A program made the translations under genes and the position numbers. From the human T2T-CHM13v2.0 reference genome, Homo sapiens, in NCBI RefSeq assembly GCF_009914755.1, contig NC_060931.1: DNA of 64,000 nt. One strand, given 5' to 3'. The notes beneath the pieces were generated by a model. That model did not search any database and had not been told where the DNA came from. It worked only from the letters and a program-made list of their open reading frames with translations. Shown here in pieces: positions 14,629-31,799 of the stretch (the stretch's first letter is position 1; each line of letters opens with the position of its first letter).

Positions 14629-15317
14629 TTAATATTATGTATTTTTTAATATAGTAACCACCAAAGGTTTCTTATAGTTCCCCTTTCCCTGTATTTCTCC
14701 CATCTTCCCAAGCTTTTAAGTGAAGCACATGTCTTTTTTGTGCCAAAATAAGTCCTCAGCTGAGGAACCTGAAAGCCCTGAGTCTCCTGTAGTAAATTAT
14801 CAAAAAAAAGAAAAAAGAAAAAGTCTATTGCAATGGAAATTTTTCCTTGCGTAAGTGAGTGAAATTAAAACTTGGTATTTAATCATCTTAACAGAAAAGC
14901 TTTCTGAAATATAACCTATGAAAATAATAAAAATGCAATCACTTCTCTGTCCCCTAAAGTCTGGTAAAAATAACTTGTCTGAATAATTAGAACTGTTTTT
15001 AAACTGCTTCTCCCCAGAATCATTATCTCTCTCCCTGGTTTTAGACACTGTACACCTACAGAACTACTAAAACGCACTGCTTCAAGTGCAAACTCTTAAA
15101 GCAGCCTTTTCAGCCTTTGGATTCTCACACCAAACCAAGTGAAGTTGAATGCTAACATTACATAAGTCAAGAAAAAATGAGTTCAAGACTGAGCTCAAAA
15201 GAAGCACGGCTTTTGTTTGCTCTTTCAGAATCGCTCACTCAAGAAAGCCTGGGAAGTAAGAAAACTAAACCAAGACAGACAAGCAGATGTGTCAATCATC
15301 TGCTTTGGTAGTTGGAG

Positions 15318-15656
15318 CAGGATTTGACAAATTAATGTCTGCAGATGAAATCTGGCCCATCACCTGTTTTTGTGGCGTCTGCAAGCTAAAAACAGCTTTT
15401 ATATTTTTAAGTGATTGATAAAAATGAAAAGAAGAATAATATTCTGTGACACATTAAAACTACATGAAACTTGAATTTTAGTATCCACAAGTAAAGTTTC
15501 ATTGGAACATAGCTATGCTCATTTATTTCCATATTCTTTCTGGCTGCTTTCACACTACAAAGCCATTGTTCAGTAGCTGTGCCTGGGACCATATGGCCTG
15601 CAAAGCCAAAAATATTTACTATCTGGCCCTTTACATAAAATGCTTATTGACTCCTA
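15318..15656. mobile_element. MER58B-like hAT-Charlie DNA transposon
   Basis: AAATCTGGCCC...AAAGTTT.ATTGGAACATAGC...AAAATATTTACTATCTGGCCCTTTAC. Confidence 0.75.
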
Positions 15657-17999
15657 AAATTATAGTAAGCATACTTTACATCTGTCAGGGTTTGGGTAAC
15701 TTCTAGTTTTATTATATTTACTTTAACATTTGGGTTTGGAAAGAAATTTATCTTTTTTAACTACTGGAATGGATTCTAACAAGGAAGGACTCAGAGTGCA
15801 TTCTAACAAACAAGGGAAACAAGGAGGGAAGAAGATCCCTAATAATTGTTTGATCCAGTCAATAGCTAAGACTAATTAGATTAAGATTAATTTCTTCCAA
15901 GAAGTAATGTGTGATCCCGACTTCACTGCAAGGAAGTAGAGGAGGAGCTGAACTCATTACCTACATCAGTTCATAGGATTAAATAATGTCCTTCAAATAT
16001 AACAACAGTATATGACACAATATAAAAAAGAATCTGGCAGGATGCTCCTCTGACTCTAGTGCTAATATCAAGTCTTTTGATTTGCTCTGTGGATCTGATG
16101 GTGGATTCTACTACATGTCTCTATATAAGAGAAAGGATATTAATGGCAAGTTCTTGTTGCTCATTGGTTTTTCACTTTTAAAGTTCTAGAAAAATATAAG
16201 ACAACATATATAGAATGTATCAAAAAGTATAGTTTCTAAGAAAACATCTTTTTATTTTTCATGCTAGAGAGAAGACAGCTCCTCAACATCTCACTAATGC
16301 ATTTCAACCATTCTCAGGTAGGAAGCTACCTACTATTTGGATTCTCCCAACAGCCAATAGTCCAAGAATTGTAGGCCCAAGTTGCCCCAATAAGAGCATC
16401 GTGCACACACCTCATGGACACCTATCCAGCTGTCTAACAACCATTCCAAATTCTAGAAAGGGCCTCTTCCCATTCATATAATCATTGGCTGCAGGCAGTG
16501 AAGTTTCTGAACTGCAACCTTGCTCCTTTGGCTGTAATTGATAGAACCCAAACTGGGCTAATGAATACCATTTCTGGGAATAGGAATTGTGAGAGGTAAA
16601 GAAAAAGTCCCAGTTCATTCCAGGTCCAGTTCCAGCTGGTATCTGAAAATCAGCTCCTCCCAAATTCCATAAGATACCCTACTACCCTTATACTATACAG
16701 TAGTCCCTTTTGTGAGTGATCCAATGTGAGTTGCTATTGCTTGAAACCAAGAGTTCTAGCTAATCTACCAAACAGACTCCCTTCAAGAAGGGAAGCAGAG
16801 GACGAAGAAATGAAGAGAGAAAAGAAGGAATTAAACTAACATTTACTGAGTGCCAACTATATACTAGGCATTGTGCTAACCAAGAAACAGTCCCTGCCTT
16901 TTAGAATTTTTACAGGAAGAGTAAGTCTTAGAACAGTCCCTGGAACTGGGTGTCAGAATGAGAAAACAGTCACAGAAAGTCTGTGTTTCTGGATGCAGTT
17001 CCTCTTCAGCTGTCACCAGTACCCTCCTCTGTTTCATTTTACTTCTACCTTATTGCTTCCCTATAGTCCATTTTTTTGTTTCTCAAATAAATTAGACCCA
17101 GGAATGGCAGAGATAATCTAATTAAACGGGGAAGATAAAAAGTGTGTGCTTACATACTTGAGGGCCCAAAAAAGGTGCCAAAAACGTACCCAGAAGGCCC
17201 TGATGGAGGTTACCGAATTCTATTTCCACAAAGGGGCAATTTTTTTCTTTGGCTCCCTGTTCATTCAACTTTTTTTGAGTTTACATATTATTCATGCATC
17301 TGTGAAAGTGACTATCCTTAAGTACCTGCCTTTAGTGTCTCAGAAAATAATAGCTAAGGGCCCCCAAAGATCTCCCCATAACATAATGTAGCAAATTACA
17401 GTAAATTAAATTCTTGTTTTGCATTAAGAGTTTGGGGAGAATTTTATCATAGCCTTTGAAGTTAGGAGTTATAAGTGGAAACTTTCTGCAGTGGGGGTGA
17501 GGGAGACCAGAACAACTATTTTTAATTTCTTTTTCTTAATCCAGACTACCAAGCCTGGAATTGTCTTTCCCCTCAGCCAACCAGGTTTGCCTAGAGACCT
17601 CCCTCCTCACCATTCAGGTATCTGCTAATCTCCCGGGTCCTCCAGAAAGCATTTTCTGCCTGACATTCCTCAGGGGAGGTAACCACCCGACTTGAAGCCT
17701 CCCCTGGATCCCATTCTGTGTCCCCATCATAAAATCATCACACTGCACTCATACTGCCTGTTTGCCTGCCCATCTCCTCATGAGGATATGGTCTGCGGGT
17801 AGCAGAGATGGGTCTTCCATCCTCGGCCCTGGCACAGAGTAAGCCTTCGCTAAAACATTTATGAATTAAAAAGTAAACAAAGATGTATAATGCAAGGCTG
17901 TGTGGCCAGGAGATGATGGGATTGGGGTAGGACAGCCAGCCCCATTAGCCATTCCCTCTCTCCACTCATCCTCTGTCTTTCTCTGTGATGAGCTTTAGA

Positions 18000-18330
18000 G
18001 CAAGTTCAAAACATGGCTCCATAGCAAATAGGTTAATAACTTTTAAAATTAATAAAATGAAACAAAAAGCTCCTCTTTTTGTTTCCTCAAAACACGGCTC
18101 CACGGCAAATAGGTTAATAACTTTTAAAATTAATAAAATGAAACAAAAAGCTCCTCTACTTGCTAGCTGTGTGATCTTAGAAAAATGACTTAGCCTCTCT
18201 GAGTCTTAGTTTTTTCTTTTGTAAAATGGACATAAAATACCTATCTCATAAGAAATGTGTGAGTTATAATAATGTATGTAAAAGACTTACCCTGGACTCA
18301 ACCCATAGTAAACATTCAATTTTACTTATT
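18000..18330 (+). mobile_element. MIR carrying an insertion and a duplication
   Basis: GTTCAAA...GGCTCC[insert]TCTACTTGCTAGCTGTGTGA...TGTAAAATGG core. Confidence 0.7.
18006..18157. repeat. 71-bp direct duplication with 10-nt inverted spacer (period 81)
   Basis: Copies at 18006-18076 and 18087-18157. Confidence 0.93.
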
Positions 18331-19389
18331 ATTATTATGTCATATATATTATTATAACATGACAATGTTATTATTTTTAACATCGTCGTCATCACTAGCA
18401 TACTAGGTCCCTTTTGCGCTTCTGTTTTCTACAGAGTGCTTAAGTTAATCCATAATCAGGGGCAAGAGGAACAGGGTTAGAGCTCACTCAACCCTGGGCC
18501 TAAGGCCCAAAAGTATCACCCTGTGAGCAATGAGACCGGACGTTCTAGGTCTCCATCACTCAGGTGAGCTGCAGAAACTCATGGGCTTTCTGAGAGCTAG
18601 AGTCTGGGGCTTGCACAGCGCCTGCTCAATCACTCTTCCATTCATAAGACCCAGCCTCCATCACCCTCCCCATTCCATGATACTTCTGTCAGCTATGCTT
18701 CACTTCATTCAGCAGATGCATTGTGGTCCTCATAATGCATATTGTCTTGTGAACCTGCTGCATCAGCTAGGATGTCTTCTGTTCCCTGGGCATCCAGGGC
18801 ACAGCTTCCTCCTGGTTTTCCTGCTACCTCTGCAGCCAATGCCTTTTCTGTTGTTGTTAACCAGGGAAACTTACCTTCTCATTCCATTCCCTCTTTCCTG
18901 AGCAATCCTCTTTGCTCTTCCCAGCTCTGTTAATGACTCTAAAATATTTATTTCTAGCCCAGATCACTAAGCAACAAGTATAGTGATCTTTTTTTCTTCA
19001 GTAGGTCTTACAGTCACCTTGGCCTTGACTCATCCAAATCTGAAATCTTCCTCTTCCTATCCTTCCTCCAGAGTTTCCCTTGGGGTGTTAGGGGAGCCAG
19101 ACAAAGCTTCTACACACTTGTCAAGCCAGGCTAGCCTTTACCACCCTCTTTCCAGCTGTCCCCGTAGAAGGAGCATTTCTCATCTGACTCGTTAGAGTTT
19201 CAGGCATTCCTTGGGCCCAACTCACTAGGGCAAGAGTCTCTCCTGGGCAGAGCCCATATGGCACCTCTGTGAGAGTTAGGAAAGGGTACCCTTCTCCAAG
19301 GTGGAAGCAGCCCCATGCCAGGACAAACAGAGCTCAGTGAGCAGGGCCTGGGCTGAATGCTGCTCCCGCTCAGTCCCTCGGTCAGGCAT

Positions 19390-19762
19390 TTATATGATTT
19401 GGCTATGTCTCCACCCAAATCTCATCTTGAATTGTAGCTCCTATGATTCCCACGTGTTGTGGAAGGAACCTGGTGGGAGATAATTGAATCATAGGGGCGG
19501 TTTCCCCCACACTGTTCTCATGGTAGTGAATAAGTCTCACGAGATCTGATGGTTTTAGAAAGGGAAACCCCTTTCACTTGATCCTTCATTCTCTCTTGTC
19601 TGCCACCATGTAAGACGTGCCTTTCACCTTCCACCGTGGTTGTGAGGCCTCCCCAGCCATGTGGAACTGTGTGTCCGTTAAACCTCTTTTTCTTTATAAA
19701 TTACTCAGTCTTGGGTATGTCTTTATCAGCAGCATGAAAACGGGCTAATACCGTAAATTGGG
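19390..19762 (+). mobile_element. THE1B-like MaLR LTR plus first bases of internal sequence
   Basis: ATATG.TTTGGCT.TGTC.CCACCCAAATCTCATCTTGAATTGTA ... CAGCATGAAAACGG.CTAATAC, followed by GTAAATTGG. Confidence 0.85.
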
Positions 19763-20609
19763 TTCCTGGTCATAATACTTCCAGAATATTATCAAAGCCT
19801 CACTCTTCCACTCCAATAGTGCCATCTCTGGAAATGGTCCTCCCTACTGCTCCACAACCAAATTGGGGAGCCTGTGAGTCATTACTCTTCCCTCTGTCTT
19901 TTTCATCTAAACAGTCACTAAGTCCACACAGAAATGTTCCCTCAATATATCTGGCATCTGTCTGGTCCTATCCACACACGACCCCACCTTAGTCCAGGCT
20001 CCCACTGTCTCTCACATGAATTATCACAACAGCCTCTCACCTCCACAGCCAGCTTGCATTCTTGCTCCAAGCCATTGTCTATCCAGGAGCCAAAGAGATC
20101 TTTTTAAATAAAAATGTAGTCATGTCTTTCCTTTGCCTAAAATACTTCAGTGACTCCCTGTCGCTGTAGAAAAATTGATACTTAGAATAAAGTAAAAACC
20201 CCTTACCTTGGCTCATCAGGCCCTACAGAATCTTGGGGGAAACTGGGGAACATAGGGAAGTTTGGACCTTCTCCTGTAAGGAGTGGGAAGCATAAAACAC
20301 ATACAAGAGGACTTAGGAAGTATCAGAAAGGGAGTGGGGAAGTTAGTCAGAGAAGGGAAAGCAACCAATAAAGCTACCTGTGAGCACCTGGGGCTTAATC
20401 CTCTAAGAAACATCAGGAGCCAGTGTCAAATTGCCATTAGAAATGCATCTGGTTTCCCAATCTGATTCCGGACTCTCTCAAGGGTTTGGCTTTGACATGC
20501 TCTATCAACTCTTCTCACCTCTGACTTCCTGGAGAGGATTCAGACCTTCTGTGCTTCCCAGGATCAAGAAAAACAGCACTTAGTCATTTATTGTACACCT
20601 ACTATGTGC

Positions 20610-21000
20610 AGATAGTTTGCATCTGTAACAAATATCCAAATTCTCAGTGACCTAACACCACAATAAAGATTTTTTTTTTCTTGCTCATTACGAAGCCCAA
20701 TATAGGTTGTGGGGAGCAGGATGTGGAGTTTTGGCCTATGGAGTTATTCAGGGACTAAGCTGGCTCTCATCTCATAGCTTCATCAGCACCTAGACCCTCA
20801 GAATCCTTCTCTGTATCCTCTGCATCTAGCTGGCCAGTGGAGGAAGAGAAAAACGGTGGAAGACTGTGAAGAATTTCAGAAACCAGGCATGGAATAAACA
20901 CACATCCCTTCCTCCCACATTCTGTTAGCCAGAAATTAGTCATATGGCCCCACTAAACTGCAAGGGGTGGGTGACATCTGGGAAATGAAGTTAGGAAAGA
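20610..21000 (-). mobile_element. Old MLT1 (J/K/L-type) LTR fragment
   Basis: TGTAACAAA..CCAAATTCTCAGTG and GCCAGAAATTAGTCATATGGCCCCAC.AAACTGCAAGGG motifs. Confidence 0.6.
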
Positions 21001-21198
21001 AAAGAAGGTTTGGTAAACACAGATACTTTGAAACCCTATCCTCTCCACTGTTTTCACTCAATCTGACCACCAACTTACTAGGTGGAGACATGGTTAAACC
21101 CTGCATGCCCAGGACTGAGGTCATGATCTGTCGCCACATCAGAGTTGGAACCTTTCTACCTTATTAAGCCCAGGTTCACACGATCAAAGCACCTGAGC

Positions 21199-21687
21199 CT
21201 ACCACTGTGATGTAAATTTTATAAAGCGGGCCCGAGGTGGAGCCAAGATGGCCGAATAGGAACAGCTCCAGTCTACAACTCCCAGCATAAGCGACACAGA
21301 AGACGGGTGATTTCTGCATTCCATCTGAGGTACCGGGTTCATCTCACTAGGGAGTGCCAGATAGTGGGTGCAGGACAGTGGGTGCAGCGCACTGTGCGCG
21401 AGCCGAAGCAGGGCGAGGCATTGTCTCACTTGGGAAGTGCAAGGGGTCGGGGAGTTCCCTTTCCTAGTCAAAGAATGGGGTGACAGATGGCACCTGGAAA
21501 ATCCGGTCACTCCCACCCTAATACTGCACTTTTCCAATGGGCTTAAAAGATGGCACACCAGGAGATTATATCCCGCACATGGCTCAGAGGGTCCAACGCC
21601 CACGGAGTCTCGCTGATTGCTAGCACAGCAACAGTCTGAGATCAAACTGCAAGGTGGCAGCAAGGCTGGGGGAGGGGCGCCTGCCAT
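21199..21687 (-). CDS. L1 antisense ORF0 homolog, extended to 162 aa
   Basis: MAGAPPPALLPPCSLISDCC(C)ASNQRDSVGVGPSEP... matches the primate ORF0 N-terminus. The frame stays open beyond the L1 5' end. Expression is unknown. Confidence 0.55.
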   Translation of the reverse strand: MAGAPPPALLPPCSLISDCCCASNQRDSVGVGPSEPCAGYNLLVCHLLSPLEKCSIRVGVTGFSRCHLSPHSLTRKGNSPTPCTSQVRQCLALLRLAHSALHPLSCTHYLALPSEMNPVPQMECRNHPSSVSLMLGVVDWSCSYSAILAPPRARFIKFTSQW

Positions 21688-22280
21688 TGCCCAGGCTTGA
21701 TTAGGTAAACAAAGCAGCCGGGAAGCTCAAACTGGGTGGAGCCCACCACAGCTCAAGGAGGCCTGCCTGCCTCTGTAGGCTCCACCTCTGGGGGCAGGGC
21801 ACAGACAAACAAAAAGACAGCAGTAACCTCTGCAGACTTAAATGTCCCTGTCTGACAGCTTTGAAGAGAGTAGTGGTTCTCCCAGCACGCAGCTGGAGAT
21901 CTGAGAACGGGCAGACAGCCTCCTCAAGTGGGTCCTTGACCCCTGAGCAGCCTAACTGGGAGGCACCCCCCAGTAGTGGCAGACTGACACCTCACACGGC
22001 TGGGTACTCCTCTGAGACAAAACTTCCAGAGGAACAATCAGGCAGCAGCATTTGCGGTTCACCAAGATCCGCTGTTCTACAGCCACTGCTGTTCTGCAGC
22101 CACCGCTGCTGATACCCAGGCAAACAGGGTCTGGAGTGGACCCCTAGCAAACTCCAACAGACCTGCAGCTGAGGGTCCTGTCTGTTAGAAGGAAAACTAA
22201 CAAACAGAAAGGACATCCACATCAAAAACCCTTCTGTACGTTACCATCATCAAAGACCAAAAGTAGGTAAAACCACAAAG

Positions 22281-23297
22281 ATGGGGAAAAAACAGAGCAG
22301 AAAAACTGGAAACTCTAAAAAGCAGAGTGCCTCTCCTCCTCCAAAGGAACACAGTTCCTCACCAGCAACTGAACAAACCTGGACGGAGAATGACTTTGAC
22401 GAGTTGAGAGAAGAAGGCTTCAGATGATCAAACTACTCCGAGCTACAGGAGGAAACTCAAACCAATGGCAAAGAAGTTAAAAACTGTGAAAAAAAATTAG
22501 ATGAATGGATAACTAGAATAACCAATGCAGAGAAGTCCTTAAAGGAGCTGATGGAGCTGAAAGCCAAGGCTCAAGAACTATGTGAAGAATGCAGAAGCCT
22601 CAGGAGCCAATGCAATCAACTGGAAGAAAGGATATCAGTGATGGAAGACGAAATGAATGAAATGAAGCAAGAAGGGAAGTTTAGAGAAAAAAGAATAAAA
22701 AGAAACAAACAAAGCCTCCAAGAAATATGGGACTATGTGAAAAGACTAAACCTACGTCTGATTGGTGTACCTGAAAGTGACAGAGAGAATGGAACCAAGT
22801 TGGAAAACACTCTGCAGGATATTATCCAGGAGAACTTCCCCAGTCCAGCAAGGCAGGCCAACATTCAGACTCAGGAAATACAGAGAAAGCCACAAAGATA
22901 CTCCTCAAGAAGAGCAACTCCAAGACACATAATTGTCAGATTCACCAAAGTTGAAATGAAGGAAAAAATGTTAAGGGCAGCCAGAGAGAAAGGTCGGGTT
23001 ACCCTCAAAGGGAAGCCCATCAGACTAACAGTGGATCTCTCAGCAGAAACTCTACAAGCCAGAAGGGAGTGGGGGCCAATATTCAACATTCTTATGGAAA
23101 AGAATTTCCAACCCAGAATTTCATATCCAGCCAAACTAAGCTTCATAAGTGAAGGAGAAATAAAATACTTTACAGACAAGCAAATGCTGAGAGATTTTGT
23201 CACCACCAGGCCTGCCCTAAAAGAGCTCCTGAAGGAAGCACTAAACATGGAAAGGAAAAACTGGTACCAACCACTGAAAAAACATGCCAAAATGTAA
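22281..23297 (+). pseudogene. L1 ORF1p, disrupted
   Basis: ATGGGGAAAAAACAG start and 338-codon span, with a premature TGA at 22425-22427 (codon 49, CpG decay of CGA). The rest is open (ORF track 22551-23297). Confidence 0.93.
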
Positions 23298-23360
23298 AGA
23301 CCATCAAGGCTAGGAAGAAACTGGATCAACTAACAAGCAAAATAACCAGCTAACATCATA

Positions 23361-27188
<3,828 letters not shown>

Positions 27189-27419
27189 ACCATGAGAACA
27201 CATGGACACAGGAAGGGGAACATCACACTCTGGGGACTGTCATGAGGTGGGGGGGAGGGGGGAGGGATAGCATTAGGAGATATACCTAATGCTAAATGAT
27301 GAGTTAATGGGTGCAGCACACCAACATGGCACATGTATATGTATGTAACAAACCTGAACATTGTGCACATGTACCCTAAAACTTAAAGTATAATAATAAT
27401 AAAATAAAATAAAATAAAA

Positions 27420-27543
27420 GATGCTAGGTACCCAAATGTGAAACCAAAAACATTCCTAAGTAGCTGCTATTTTGTATCCTCAGTGTTTTTGTCTTTGATG
27501 TAGAATTAGTTACTACTAAGCCAATAAAAGTAAATGAGAAATG
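27420..27543 (+). other. L1 3'-transduced unique sequence
   Basis: Lies between the first A-rich tail (~27392-27419) and the second tail (27544-27570). AATAAA at 27523-27528; enclosed by the TSD. Confidence 0.9.
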
Positions 27544-29204
27544 AAAAAAATAAATAAATAAATAAAATAAATAAAGTGGGCCCACTTTCCCCAGAAAGGC
27601 TCTTTTTATGTGGCTTATTGTTGTTATCACTTACAGAAGGTTTAAATATATCAACAATTTTAATACTATATTACAGCTCTGGCATTAGAAAGCAAGACAA
27701 AAATATAATTTACTGAGGAGGTGAAAATTGCATTATCTTGTAACATGATTTTTTTTCTTTCACTAACTAGAAAACATAAATACTGTACCCAGAAATACAA
27801 AAATTCTAGTTCATTAAGAGACAAAGGGAATAGCAGAGAAAAATTTGGTCACTAATATTTAGCAGGCCAGCAAACTTTGTCACATCAAAGACTCCTGATG
27901 AGGATTTGGGGAACATGCAATTAAAACAAATACAGAGCATCCCAGGTTACCACTTGCACAGCGATAAGTCCCAGATGGATAACTGGTTACAGGTAGAGCT
28001 GGCATGGACTTGCACTCACACATGAGGAAGGGAATGTGGTTTCTTAGGGGATCCAGCCTTAGTCAGGCCATCATGGGTTAAGCTCTGTGCTTAGTATTCA
28101 TGCATCTCATTTCAAGCCCTCAGTAACAAAGAATGGAATTATAGAGTTAGGTTTTCTTACTGTGGTTCTTAAATCCCTGGAGAAGGTAACTCTTCTTAGT
28201 GGCATCCTTGGCAACAGAATTACCGAGAGCACCAAGAACGCTGAAACCAGAGAGAATAGACAGGCAGCCCAAAAGGGAACACAGACCTACAGAGTAGATC
28301 CAGCTATTTGCTGAAATGACCTATAATAGAGACATGCTCCTCCATCTGTTGTTCACTGGTGGCTAAATTCATCTAGAACTTTTTTCCAGCTTATTCACCT
28401 CAAATTGGACAATAAATATGTTCCTTATCACCAGCAAACATGCATCGCCACAGATACAGCTACACACACAGACACATACACAGACATTCACACACACACC
28501 CCACTTTTATATCTCGGATGTGGCTTCTGACAATGATGACAATGATAAGGATGCTGGAGTTCTGAAGAAAATGTCACAGAACAAAATGTTAAGGAAAAAG
28601 AGCAAACACAAAGTAGGATGCAATAGAGTCTCAACTATGTCAAAAAGAAAATACACTAAAGAAAGACAGGAAGGTGAGCAAGAACAGCCCAGTGAGTGAC
28701 AGAATAGCCAAGGACAAAAAGTTTAAATCAGATGTTGCAAACTGGCTTCCCTGGGATCAAATGCAGCCCAGGGATGTGGCTTTTTGTTTTGGGGTGATTT
28801 TTGCCTGCTTGGTGCTTAAAAAATATTTAAATTGTGAATTAAAAAGAAATTGCAAATTGAAAGGAAGGAAGGTAGAGAGGAAAGGAGGAAGACAGCAGAC
28901 AGGAAGGAAGGAAACACATCAAAATGCAACAGTGATTATATTCCAGTGCTGGGATTATAGGTTACTTGGTTTCCCAAAGCCAGCAAGTTCAAGTTTGTTC
29001 TTATGAACATATCCTGACTGCACCCTGGAGGCTTCCTACCCAGGAACATTGGTTATAATTTAGTTTCTTCTTATATGTATCCTCCAAATTTTCTAGCATG
29101 CTCATAATTAGAAAATAGAAAAATAAACATTTTTAAAGTCAGCTATCAAAACAGACATAGATGTCTAAATTACTTCCTGTACTTTTCTTTGTTTAAAATA
29201 TTTT

Positions 29205-29492
<288 letters not shown>

Positions 29493-31149
29493 TATATATA
29501 TGTTTTATAATTTAAGATAAATATTAAACTAAATTGTCCTAAGCCAGATCAATGAATCATCCAATCTGATATTCTCACTAGACTGTAAACCTCATGAGGG
29601 CTGTGTCCGTTTTGACCATTGATGTATCCCAAACACCTAGAACAAAGCCTAGCATCAAGTAGGTGGTTAGTAAATACTTGTTGAATGAATGAATACATGA
29701 ATATTCTATTTCTGGTGGTAGTTTAAGAAGAAACCTGGAAATTACATGTCAACTTTCTAAGTCAGGAATGCACTGTAACTATTCTCCATACATCAGTATG
29801 AGATGGTCCATGTTTACCAACGATAGAATAAACAAGAACGCACATCTGCCGTCTAAAGACTCCATGCTCCTCTTTGCAAAAGGGTCTTCATTCTTCCATA
29901 TCATACCAGGACCAGTGAAAAACTCCTGCTACCATACCACCAGCATGCGATACCTTGTATATCGGTACTTTATTAGAAAATATTTGGCATAATCACCATA
30001 CACGGCAAGCTGATGCCAAAATAAATAGATCACAGACTTGCATGAGACTGAAGTTCTAAATAATGATCATGAATTACAAAGTCTTCATGTGTGGGGAAAG
30101 CACAAAGTCTCTACATTGACAAGACGACTGAAATCTCAGAATTACAAGCAAGTTTTTCCCGATGTTGATTACACTGTTGCCCAAAAACTCTACCAGAGAA
30201 TCAGACAGTCTGTATTATCATGATAAAAGAAAGCAGTTATAGTTGGCAGCAGGTGGGAGTATTAATGATTTAATGCTGAGATGCTTTTGTCGGCATTTAA
30301 GTTACCAAAAGGTACTTTTTTCATTGTGATAAATTCTTGCACATGCATTTGGAAACCACATTTTTAACACACTGCCTCTCAAGCCAACAAAGAGCATTTG
30401 TGAGAATGAGAGGCAATTTGGTTTCCTCTTTCCTCATGTGTCACCTCTTGACTTAATTTATTCTCCCTCTAGTTTTGAAGCCCTCCTCCAAAGCACAGGG
30501 CACCGCCACTGACACAGCCAGCGCTCCACACACGCCTGAGGAATTGACTCCAAATGCGTGACAACTGAAGCAAATCACAAGGAAAGTAGAACTGTGCAGT
30601 ATGCCAGGAATGCAAGACCACATGTTGGAAAGAACAAGAAATGGAAAAGGGTAAAGATTAGGTCTTAGTTTAATGATTAGATTGAAAGAAGTAACAGAAG
30701 AGTTGGTGGACCTCTCTGGTAGTTTTCTTTATTCTCAACTCATGTTTTTTGGGATCTATACCGTGGTCCAGCTACTGTGCCAGACTCTTTTACCTACAGA
30801 ATCGCATTTAGGCCTCACAGCAACTCCCATTACACACATGAAGATACTGAGGCCCAGCCCCAGTAAAGTGGATATGAGGTCTAAATGGAGACCCGTCCTC
30901 TCAAAGGCTCAATCCACCTTTGCCTCTCTTTGTCTACTGAGAGGGTGTAAAATTCCAGATACCCTCTTCTGATGGCCTTTCTACCCACTCCCCTGGCCCA
31001 CAATTTCCTGAAGGAGATAACATTGTCTTTTTTTTTTAGATAAGAGTGATAAAAAGACATGAGAGAAAGTGATAGTTTTTTTTTTTTACATTATTAGTGT
31101 CATTTTCATCATAACCATACTCATGTCATTTTCATCCTACCCATAGCCA

Positions 31150-31360
31150 TGTTAACGCAGTAAAATATTGACATGAACAGTGCAAGCTCCACAGCCAACC
31201 TGCTGGGGACGAATGCTGGCACTGTTCTTATTGGTTGCATGACCTTGGGCTCTGCCTCAGTTTCCTCATATGACTGTTGTGAGGACTAAGTGACTTAATA
31301 CATGAATGGTGCTTAGAGCAGTGTCTGGCACACAGTAACCACTCAGTAAATATCAGCTGT
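31150..31360 (+). mobile_element. MIR
   Basis: TGACCTTGGGC...CCTCAGTTTCCTCAT...GCTTAGAGCAGTGTCTGGCACA. Confidence 0.7.
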
Positions 31361-31799
31361 TGGTATCATTGTGTCCTTGTCACCATGTTTTTGCCCTTTA
31401 TTCATTTTAATGCACTTTCATACGTTATCTCATTTGACATAGTCCGTGGAGGGTGTGATGCCTTACCATAAAGAGACAGGGTCAGAGAGGGGAAAAGGTA
31501 ACCCTAACAATTACAACTAGTTAGCTCTGATGCCAGCACCAGACTGCCCACGTTATTTCCAATGCGTAACAACACTTCATAAAGTTGTTCTAACCCTTGA
31601 ATTTTCCGAAGAAACTTCCTTTAAAAGCTTTAATGACTGCAGTGCTCCTTAAGCATAAACAAGGAGGGACATTCGGCAGGGAGATACCTCTCTAGCAACA
31701 TTCCACAGCTGCCAGGGCCCCACACCTAGGGGCAACTTGTGGATACGTAGAATCCAAACCAAACCCCCCTTCTGAGTGTGATAAAATCCCTCCAAACCC

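Noticed and set aside
16320-16770. Possible ancient ERVL-type LTR
   Set aside because: Only a vague resemblance at the 3' terminus; cannot be supported without a profile search.
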